64,000 nucleotides of DNA. Source: Polyangiaceae bacterium (GTDB lineage: Bacteria > Myxococcota_A > Polyangia > Polyangiales > Polyangiaceae). Positions within the stretch are counted from its first letter, which is position 1, and each line of letters opens with the position of its first letter. The notes beneath the pieces were generated by a model. That model saw nothing but the letters and a program-made list of their open reading frames with translations. It was not told where the DNA came from and ran no database searches. The position numbers and the translations under genes are program-made. This document shows positions 28,531-35,663 of the stretch, piece by piece. The stretch is from contig JBGAKG010000005.1 of assembly GCA_044224495.1 (NCBI GenBank), positions 236,711 through 300,710 on the forward strand, given 5' to 3'.

Positions 28531-29504
28531 GGGGTCGACGCGCCCCCGGAGGCGACGAACCGTACGACCCGCGGTCCCGCCTGCTGGCCGCGCGTCTCGG
28601 TGACGAAGCTCTCGAAGCCGGCGCCGCGCCATGCCTCGGCGACGACCTCGGCCGAGGCACGCGAGTCGCAGAGCGCGACCACGCACCCGCCGCCGCCCGC
28701 GCCGGTCAGCTTCGCGCCGAGGGCTCCCGCGTCGCGCGCGAGGCCGCACATCTTCTCGATCTCCTCGGTCGAGAGCATGAGCCCGGCGAGCAGCATCTGG
28801 TTCATGTCCATGAGCTTGCCGAGCGAAGCGCGATCGCCCGCTTCGATCGCGAGGCGCGCGTTCTTCACGAGCGCGGCGATGCCGTCGAACGCCTTCTGAA
28901 CGATCTCGGGCCGGCGCTCCTTCTGGCGCGCGACGGACTCGACCATCGAGCGCGTGCTCGACGCGATCCCGCTGTGGCCGATCGCGAAGTGGAGCGGCGC
29001 GCGGACGACGAGCGTCTCGATCGGTTGGCCCTTCTCGAAGCGGACCGAGCCGCCGAGCGTGGCGCACGCCGCGTCGACGCCGGACGGGTTTCCGTGGAAC
29101 ACGCGCTCCCAGGCCATCGCGCACTCGAGCGTCTGCTCGTCGGTCGCGGCCCCATGGACGGAGTTCAGGACGGCGCGCGCGACGGCCACGCCGAGCGCCG
29201 CCGAGCAGCCGAGGCCGCCACCGGGCGGGAGATCCGCCTCGGCCTCGACGAAGATCGAGCCCTCCGCCCGCGCCGCGACGAGGAGCGCGGCGAACGCGCG
29301 CGCGAGATCGCGCGTCTCGTCCGTCGCGTCGACCTCCGCGCCCCACGTGGTCACGCGGAGACGACGGGTCCCATCGGTGCCGGGGACGGCAGCGGCGGTG
29401 GCGCCGCGCTCGATGCCGACGGCAATCGCGGGGACGCCGTACACGACCGCGTGCTCGCCGAGGAGGATCACTTTGCCCGATGCACGGCCGACCGAGTTCT
29501 TCAT
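28527..29504 (-). CDS. mvk: mevalonate kinase
   Basis: 325 aa; 'GKVILLGEHAVVYG', 'PPGGGLGCSAA', C-terminal 'KLTGAGGGGC' GHMP motifs. Confidence 0.8.
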   Translation of the reverse strand: MKNSVGRASGKVILLGEHAVVYGVPAIAVGIERGATAAAVPGTDGTRRLRVTTWGAEVDATDETRDLARAFAALLVAARAEGSIFVEAEADLPPGGGLGCSAALGVAVARAVLNSVHGAATDEQTLECAMAWERVFHGNPSGVDAACATLGGSVRFEKGQPIETLVVRAPLHFAIGHSGIASSTRSMVESVARQKERRPEIVQKAFDGIAALVKNARLAIEAGDRASLGKLMDMNQMLLAGLMLSTEEIEKMCGLARDAGALGAKLTGAGGGGCVVALCDSRASAEVVAEAWRGAGFESFVTETRGQQAGPRVVRFVASGGASTP

Positions 29505-29505
29505 G

Positions 29506-30582
29506 TCATGTGTCGCGGCTTCCGAGGGCCGTCACGGCCCCCAGGAGCACGGCTTTCCCTTCCGCTTGGAGCGGTAGACGCATGAAGCGCTCCCGCGATT
29601 CGGCGAGGAGCACGTCGATGCGTGCCTCGACCCGAGCCTTCGCCCCACCCTCGATCATCCGACTCACGATCGCCTGCACCTCGGCGTCGGGCGCGTCGGC
29701 CACGCCGAGCACGCGCGGCAGGAGGCGCTGCGCCTCGCGGTCGCCGTCGAGCTCGGAAACGAGCGCGGTGCGCTTGCCCTCCCGCAGATCGCTGGAGGCG
29801 GGCTTGCCGGTCTTCGCCGGATCGCCGAACGTGCCGAGCAGGTCGTCGCGGAGCTGGAAGGCGATCCCGAGCGGATCGGCGGCCTCCGAGAGGCCGCTCA
29901 TCACGTCGTGCGAGGCGCCTGCGAGCGCAGCGCCGACGAGGAGCGGACCGCGCACGGTGTAGCTGCCGGTCTTCAAGCGATGCATCGCCTCCACCGCCTG
30001 CGCCGTGGTCGCCGCGTGGCGCACGTCGAGGATCTGGCCGAGCACGACGTCCGTCTGAGCGCGGACGAACTCGCGGACCGCCTCGATCAAGCGCGGCGCC
30101 GGCACGTTCATCTTCACGAGCAGGTCCAGCGCGAGGCTCGACCCGAAGTCGCCGGCGAGCACCGCCCCGGCGTCCCCCGCCATCGTCGAGCCGAACTTGC
30201 CGCGGAGGAGCGCGTGCGCGCTCGGCCCACCGCGCCGAACCTCGTCGCCATCCATCCAGTCGTCGTGGATGAGCAAGTAGGCCTGGAGCACCTCGAGCGC
30301 GACGCCCGCGTCCACCACCGCGACGCTGCCGCCGGTGCCGCCGCAGGCCTCGTACGCCGCGGCGAGGAGCACCGCGCGGAGGCGCTTGCCACCGCGGACG
30401 GCGAGCGAGCGGAGCGCATCGATCACCTCGGCGACGTCGGGGGCGAGGACCCGCGCTTCGGCGACGCGTTGGTCCAGCACCTCGGCCAGGCGCCGATCCA
30501 CGTCACGCCGAACCACGCGCGCGTAGTCGGCGAAGGCTTCGTTGGCGGTCTTGGGTGCGCTCTCGGTCGTCGTTGCCATCAT
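29506..30582 (-). CDS. polyprenyl diphosphate synthase (FPP/GGPP synthase family)
   Basis: 358 aa from ATG 30582 (GGGAGG RBS); FARM 'LIHDDWMDGDEVRRG' and SARM 'FQLRDDLLG' motifs. Confidence 0.8.
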   Translation of the reverse strand: MMATTTESAPKTANEAFADYARVVRRDVDRRLAEVLDQRVAEARVLAPDVAEVIDALRSLAVRGGKRLRAVLLAAAYEACGGTGGSVAVVDAGVALEVLQAYLLIHDDWMDGDEVRRGGPSAHALLRGKFGSTMAGDAGAVLAGDFGSSLALDLLVKMNVPAPRLIEAVREFVRAQTDVVLGQILDVRHAATTAQAVEAMHRLKTGSYTVRGPLLVGAALAGASHDVMSGLSEAADPLGIAFQLRDDLLGTFGDPAKTGKPASSDLREGKRTALVSELDGDREAQRLLPRVLGVADAPDAEVQAIVSRMIEGGAKARVEARIDVLLAESRERFMRLPLQAEGKAVLLGAVTALGSRDT

Positions 30583-30840
30583 TGGGGGCCTCCCGGCGAT
30601 GGATGCCGGTGGGGCGGCATTCCACCGCAGACCACGAGAGCTTTCGACGACGCTGAACGAATTTGCACGATTTGAGTCTCGGTGGTCGGTCGCCAAAAAG
30701 GCGGGCCCCATATACCAGAATCCGGGCCCCGGTTGAGGACGAACGGCCAAAACGGTGGGCAACCAGGGACGGTTCCTGCTATCAGCGCGAGGTTAGGAAC
30801 CAGCCCGCGGCGTGTCAACCAATGTTCGCCCGGCTTTTTC

Positions 30841-30875
30841 CTGAAAAATTCAGTAGTTTCACTTTTTGTTGAAAC
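30841..30875. promoter_or_regulatory. AT-rich paired palindromes CTGAAAAATTCAG and GTTTCACTTTTTGTTGAAAC directly upstream of the type 2 IDI gene in the divergent mevalonate promoter region
   Basis: Two inverted repeats in an unusually AT-rich 60-bp patch of a ~70% GC genome, 20-50 nt upstream of ATG 30894. Confidence 0.35.
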
Positions 30876-30893
30876 GTCTGAATCGGGAGCCTC

Positions 30894-31976
30894 ATGGCAA
30901 ACATCGGAAAACGAAAGGCGGATCACATCGCCCTGTGCGCGACGGGCGACGTGGGGTTCCGCCACCAGGGCACCCTGCTCGGTGACGTCCGCCTCGTCCA
31001 TGACGCCCTCCCCGACATGCACGCCGACGACGTGGACACCCGTGTTCAGGCCTTCGGCAAGGTCCTCCGCGCTCCCATCATCATCGCATCGATGACGGGC
31101 GGGACGGACGAGGCGACCCAGATCAACCGGGGCCTCGCGAAGATCGCCGAAGAGCGCGGCTACGGCTTCGGGCTCGGGTCCCAGCGCGCGATGCTGGTGC
31201 GCCCCGAGACGCGCCCCACGTTCCTGGTCCGCGACGTGCTCCCGACCGGCGTCCTCCTCGGGAACCTCGGTTTGGTCCAGGCGCGGACGATGAAGACGAG
31301 CGAGGTCCAGGGCCTCGTGGACGAGGTTCAAGCCGACGCGCTCTGCATCCACCTCAACCCGGCGATGGAGCTGGTCCAGCCCGAGGGCGATCGCGATTTC
31401 CGGGACGGCGTGGACACCATCGGGCGCCTGGTGAAGGAGCTCACCGTCCCCGTGATCGTGAAGGAGACCGGCTGCGGCATCTCGCCGTCGGTCGGCGCGC
31501 GGGTCTGCGCGGTAGGTGCAGAATACATCGATGTGTCCGGCGCGGGTGGGACGTCTTGGGTCGGCGTCGAGACGAAGCGCGCGGAAGAGGTCGGGGACGC
31601 GCGCTCGCGCGGCCTCGGAGAGGCGCTTTGGGACTGGGGCGTCCCCACCGCGGTGAGCGTCGCAACCCTGGCGCGCGGGCGTGGGACGCGCGGGGCGAAG
31701 ATCATCGCGACCGGCGGCATGTCGACCGGCTTGGACGCCGCGCGCGCGATCGCGCTCGGGGCGCACATGGTGGGCATTGCCCGGCCGGCGCTCAAGGCAT
31801 TCCACGCGGGCGGGCGCGAGGGCGCGATTGCCTTCTTCGAGGCCTTCGAGGCCGAGCTCCGGGCGGCAATGCTGCTCACGGGCTCGCGGACCGTGGCCGA
31901 CCTGCGCCGCGCGAGGAAAGTCGTGACCGGCGAGCTGAGGCTGTGGATCGACGACCTCGACGACGTCGGGGCGTGA
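30894..31976 (+). CDS. fni: type 2 isopentenyl-diphosphate delta-isomerase (FMN-dependent)
   Basis: 360 aa; IDI-2 hallmarks (IIIASMTGG, NLG, VIVKETGCGIS, GGTSW). Confidence 0.85.
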   Translation: MANIGKRKADHIALCATGDVGFRHQGTLLGDVRLVHDALPDMHADDVDTRVQAFGKVLRAPIIIASMTGGTDEATQINRGLAKIAEERGYGFGLGSQRAMLVRPETRPTFLVRDVLPTGVLLGNLGLVQARTMKTSEVQGLVDEVQADALCIHLNPAMELVQPEGDRDFRDGVDTIGRLVKELTVPVIVKETGCGISPSVGARVCAVGAEYIDVSGAGGTSWVGVETKRAEEVGDARSRGLGEALWDWGVPTAVSVATLARGRGTRGAKIIATGGMSTGLDAARAIALGAHMVGIARPALKAFHAGGREGAIAFFEAFEAELRAAMLLTGSRTVADLRRARKVVTGELRLWIDDLDDVGA

Positions 31977-32001
31977 TAGCTTCGGCGTTCGGCGTTAGTC
32001 G

Positions 32002-32931
32002 GTGAAGCCGGGAGTGGGCATGACGGGCAAGCGAGCGACGAAGAAGAAGACGGTAGCCAAGCCGGTAGCCAAGCCCACTCGGGTCGTACGACCGCCGAGC
32101 AAGCACCCCAGCAAACACCCCGTGGGGCCGGCGAAGATCGAGGCCGTCCAGAGCGTGTTCCGGCGCAGCGCGGCGCTCGTCGAGGAGCTGATCGCGGACG
32201 TCGGGAAGCTCCGCGAGCAGAAGCTCGCGCTCGAGGCCGAAAACGCCTCCCTCCGCACCCACCTCGCCAAGAACGCGGCGATGAAGGAGCTGCTCGACAA
32301 GATTCGCCTCCTCGAGCGCGAGAAGAGCCTGCTCCTCTCGCACGTGCACGAGGCCGAGGCGGCGTCGACGCGCTACTCCGCCCGCTACGGCGAGATGGAG
32401 GAAGAGCTCTCCAAGCTCGCGAACGTCTACATCGCGAGCTACCAGCTGCACTCGACGCTCCGGCTCGGGCGCGTGGTTCGGCACCTCAAGGAGCTGCTCC
32501 AGCAGCTGGTCGGCGCCCGCGCGTATGGCATCTACTGGGCGGACGGCTCGCGCAAGCTGCACCTCATCGCGAGCGAGACCATCGACATGAAGAAGCACGC
32601 GGTGCTCGCGCCCGGAGGGGACGATCCGGCCTCGCCCGTGGTCGAGCGCGCGTACCTGACCGGAGTGCCGACGATCGCGGAGGGGGACCTCCCCCACCAC
32701 GGCGAGGGCAGCCCGGCCGCGGTCGTGCCGATGCACTTCGACGACCGCGTCGTCGGCATCATCGTCGTCTACTCGGTGTTCGAGCAGAAGACGCGTTTTT
32801 TGCCCGTCGACTTCGAACTCTTCAAGATGCTCGGCGCGCATGCCGCGAGCGCCCTGACCGGGGCGCTCCTCTACGCCGCCCCGGGCGCGAAAATCCCAGG
32901 CCCGGAGGCGTTCCGTGATCTCGATCGCTGA
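32002..32931 (+). CDS. coiled-coil + GAF domain protein
   Basis: 309 aa; Lys-rich N-terminus, leucine-zipper-like coiled coil (LREQKLALEAENASLRTHL), C-terminal GAF-like fold; alt. start ATG 32020. Confidence 0.55.
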   Translation: MKPGVGMTGKRATKKKTVAKPVAKPTRVVRPPSKHPSKHPVGPAKIEAVQSVFRRSAALVEELIADVGKLREQKLALEAENASLRTHLAKNAAMKELLDKIRLLEREKSLLLSHVHEAEAASTRYSARYGEMEEELSKLANVYIASYQLHSTLRLGRVVRHLKELLQQLVGARAYGIYWADGSRKLHLIASETIDMKKHAVLAPGGDDPASPVVERAYLTGVPTIAEGDLPHHGEGSPAAVVPMHFDDRVVGIIVVYSVFEQKTRFLPVDFELFKMLGAHAASALTGALLYAAPGAKIPGPEAFRDLDR

Positions 32932-32976
32932 ACGAAATTCCGTTTCCGACCGTATGGACCCGCAGGAAAGCAAGCG

Positions 32977-33360
32977 ATGAGCGCCGAGTACACGTGCCTC
33001 GTAGTCGAAGACTCCCCGATGATGCGGCAGCTTCTCGTCTTTGCCCTCTCTCGGGTGAAGAACCTGAAGGTGACCGAAGCCGACGACGGCGTGGATGGGC
33101 TGCGCAAGCTCGCGGGCGCCAAGTTCGACCTGATCCTGACCGACATCAACATGCCGATCATGGACGGGCTGAAGCTGGTGAAGCGGGTGCGTTCGGATCC
33201 GATGCACAAGGACACCCCGATCATCATCATCACGACCGAGGGTTCGACCGAAGACCGGACCCGCGCGCTGCAGCTCGGGGCGAACGCGTACATCACGAAG
33301 CCGATTCAGGCGCCGCAGGTCATCGCGAAGGTCAAGGAGCTGCTGAAGATCGAGGGTTGA
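32977..33360 (+). CDS. single-domain response regulator (CheY-like)
   Basis: 127 aa; REC motifs (VVEDS, D..LTDINMP, KP). Confidence 0.8.
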   Translation: MSAEYTCLVVEDSPMMRQLLVFALSRVKNLKVTEADDGVDGLRKLAGAKFDLILTDINMPIMDGLKLVKRVRSDPMHKDTPIIIITTEGSTEDRTRALQLGANAYITKPIQAPQVIAKVKELLKIEG

Positions 33361-33375
33361 GGGGCCGGAGCGGGA

Positions 33376-34839
33376 TCAGGGCGCCGTCAGCTCCGCCGCC
33401 TCGATCAGCTTCGCTACCGTCGGGGTCTCGCCGACCCTCTCGAGGAGGACGTCCGCCGGCGTCTTTCGCGCGGCCACCAGCGCTTCGAGGTGCTTCAGGT
33501 AGGCGCGCTCGTCGGCGCCCTGCGCGTTCTTTCGCCCGCGGCGCTCGAGGCCCCCGCTCGCGATGGTGAGGATCTTCTCCGCCGCTTCGGCGGCCGTCGC
33601 TCCGCGGAACGGCGTGCGGATGCCGTGCTCCCACACCTTGCTTCGCAGGGCGTTCACCTCGGCGAAGGTCCACGACTCCGTCAGCGCTTCGAGCTCCGAC
33701 AGGGCCTTCGCGTCGTAGAAGAGACCCGCGTAGAGCGCCGGCAGCGCGCACGTCATCGCGAAGCCTTGCGCGTCGGCGCTGCGGATCTCGATCGTGCGCT
33801 TCAACCGAACGTCCGGGAAGAGCGTGTTCACGTGGAGCTGCCAGTCCGCCGGCGTCGCGCGGTGGCCCTGGAAGCCCGACTCGAGGAAGCTCCGGAACGT
33901 CTGGCCGGTGTTCGCGACGATCTCGCCGTCGCGCTTGAAGAGGAACATCGGCACGTCGAGCGCCCAGTCGATGTAGTCGCCCACCGTCGCCGAGGCGGAG
34001 AACATCCGCTCGAGCAGGCCGGCGCGGTCGTTGTCGACGTCCAGCCAGACGCGGCAGCGCATCGAGAGGAGCGGCGCGCGCTTTCCCTCGACCCAGGGGC
34101 TGTTGGCGAACATCGCCGACGTGACCGGCGCGATGCGCTGCGCGACGCGGACCTTCTGCACCGCGTCCGCTTCGCTCGTGTAGTCGAGGTTCGCCTGCAC
34201 GGTGGACGTGCGGAGCATCATGTCGAGCGCGTGGGCTCCGCGCGTCGGCAGGTACTTCCGCATGATGCCGTAGCGCCCCTTGGGGACCCACTCGAGGTCC
34301 TCGCGCCGCGCGAGCGGGTGGAACCCGAGGCTCAGCCAGCGAACGCCGAGCTCTTTCGACGCCGGTGCGATCTCGCGGACGTGGTCCGCGAGCTCCGCCG
34401 CGATCGCGTGCACGTCGTCGGCGGGGGCTCCGCTCAGCTCGAGCTGGCAGCCGGGCTCGAGGGTGACGCTCGCGTCGTTCTTCTTCAGCGCGATGAGGGG
34501 ACCGCCGGCCTTCTCGAAATCGGGCGTCCAGCCGTGATCGTCCCGGAGCGACGCGAGGACGCGAAGGACGCCCTTCTCGTAGCCGATGGGCGCGCCGGTC
34601 GCCTCGACGATGCCGAATTTCTCCGCCTCGGGGCCGATGCGGGACGGCCCGCCGTGAGGGGTGAAAGGGACCAGGAGCTCGTCGCGTGAGCGGATGGGCG
34701 CTGCGGAATCAGGGGTCACGAGGCCTCGACGCGGAGCATTAGCACGGGTCTTGGATGGTCCAAAGTGAAGGAACGTTGCGCTAACCTGCGCGTTCGGTCT
34801 CGTCCCATGCTCCGCGAAGCGGCCCATTTCCTGCTCCAC
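33376..34839 (-). CDS. gshA: glutamate--cysteine ligase, plant/proteobacterial GSH1 type
   Basis: 487 aa ORF; strong similarity pattern to GCS2 family (EKFG.., HxN, ...); true start may be internal since first ~30 codons overlap divergent methyltransferase ORF. Confidence 0.7.
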   Translation of the reverse strand: MEQEMGRFAEHGTRPNAQVSATFLHFGPSKTRANAPRRGLVTPDSAAPIRSRDELLVPFTPHGGPSRIGPEAEKFGIVEATGAPIGYEKGVLRVLASLRDDHGWTPDFEKAGGPLIALKKNDASVTLEPGCQLELSGAPADDVHAIAAELADHVREIAPASKELGVRWLSLGFHPLARREDLEWVPKGRYGIMRKYLPTRGAHALDMMLRTSTVQANLDYTSEADAVQKVRVAQRIAPVTSAMFANSPWVEGKRAPLLSMRCRVWLDVDNDRAGLLERMFSASATVGDYIDWALDVPMFLFKRDGEIVANTGQTFRSFLESGFQGHRATPADWQLHVNTLFPDVRLKRTIEIRSADAQGFAMTCALPALYAGLFYDAKALSELEALTESWTFAEVNALRSKVWEHGIRTPFRGATAAEAAEKILTIASGGLERRGRKNAQGADERAYLKHLEALVAARKTPADVLLERVGETPTVAKLIEAAELTAP

Positions 34840-35478
34840 GCCCCCGGCACCCTGTGGCTGAAAGCCAAGCTGCCTCAGGACGAGCTCTACGACGTGCTGA
34901 TGGAGCGCGCGGAGTCACGCGGCCTCGGGGCCGCGCGCGCGCGGATGGCGACGGCGGTCGCCGACGGCGCGCGCGTCTTGGAGCTCGGGTGCGGCACCGG
35001 GATGCTCTTCCCCCACTACCGACCGGGGACCGACGTGACGGCGGTCGACCTCGACGAAGCCTTCCTGGAGCGCGCGAAGGCACGCGCAGCGAGCTCGCCC
35101 GCGAGCATCCAGGTCGCGCGCGCGGACGCGATGGCGCTCCCCTTCCCCGATGCGTCGTTCGACGAGGTCCTGATCTTCCTCGTCCTCTGCAGCATCCCGG
35201 ACGTGAAGCGAGCGCTCGCCGAGGTGCGCCGCGTACTTCGTCCGGGCGGAACGCTCCGCGCGTTCGAGCACGTGATCAGCGAGCGGCCGGTCGCAGCGCG
35301 AGCCATGCGAGCACTGGATCCACTCTGGCTCGCCGCGAACGGCCAGGGGTGTCACCTGGACCGAGACACCACGAGGGACGTGGAGCGGGCGGGATTCGCG
35401 TTGCAGAGCGTCGACAAGAGTCAGCTGTGGTCGCCGGGGCTGCCGGCGTTTCCGTTGCGGGAGATCACGGCCCGCTGA
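34807..35478 (+). CDS. class I SAM-dependent methyltransferase
   Basis: ATG 34807 chosen (ORF opens 34765); motif I 'VLELGCGTG', 'FDEVL' post-I, 'LRPGGTL'. Confidence 0.7.
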   Translation: MLREAAHFLLHAPGTLWLKAKLPQDELYDVLMERAESRGLGAARARMATAVADGARVLELGCGTGMLFPHYRPGTDVTAVDLDEAFLERAKARAASSPASIQVARADAMALPFPDASFDEVLIFLVLCSIPDVKRALAEVRRVLRPGGTLRAFEHVISERPVAARAMRALDPLWLAANGQGCHLDRDTTRDVERAGFALQSVDKSQLWSPGLPAFPLREITAR

Positions 35479-35489
35479 AGAGAAAAGCC

Positions 35490-35652
35490 GAACAGGGAAC
35501 ACGGAACGGGAATGGGAATGCGGAATGGTCGGCGCGGGAGCCTCCGCCAGATCCGGGACCGGTTTTGAGAATGGGAACGGAGAAGGAGAACGCGGAATCC
35601 TCGTTCTCACTCCGCGCTCCGCGTTCCCATTCCCCTTCCGTGTTCCCTGTTC
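35490..35652. repeat. long imperfect inverted repeat (~36-nt arms, 34/36 match) enclosing an ~89-nt spacer with a second hairpin and a partial third arm copy; structured element between convergent genes
   Basis: Left arm GAACAGGGAACACGGAACGGGAATGGGAATGCGGA (35490-35525) vs right arm TCCGCGTTCCCATTCCCCTTCCGTGTTCCCTGTTC (35618-35652); inner hairpin GAGAACGCGGAATCCTCGTTCTC; flanked by CTTTTCTCTTC (minus) and TTCGTCTTTTGG (plus). Confidence 0.7.
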
Positions 35653-35663
35653 GTCTTTTGGTC

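Noticed and set aside
26615-28660. N-terminal 380 aa of ORF 26615..28660 and similar Arg-rich N-terminal extensions (12860..14806, 14826..16205, 22092..23645, 27514..29346, 56328..58883)
   Set aside because: These are upstream in-frame extensions lacking stops because of GC bias. The real starts were placed at ATG/GTG codons that give canonical N-termini or RBSs, or overlap upstream stops.
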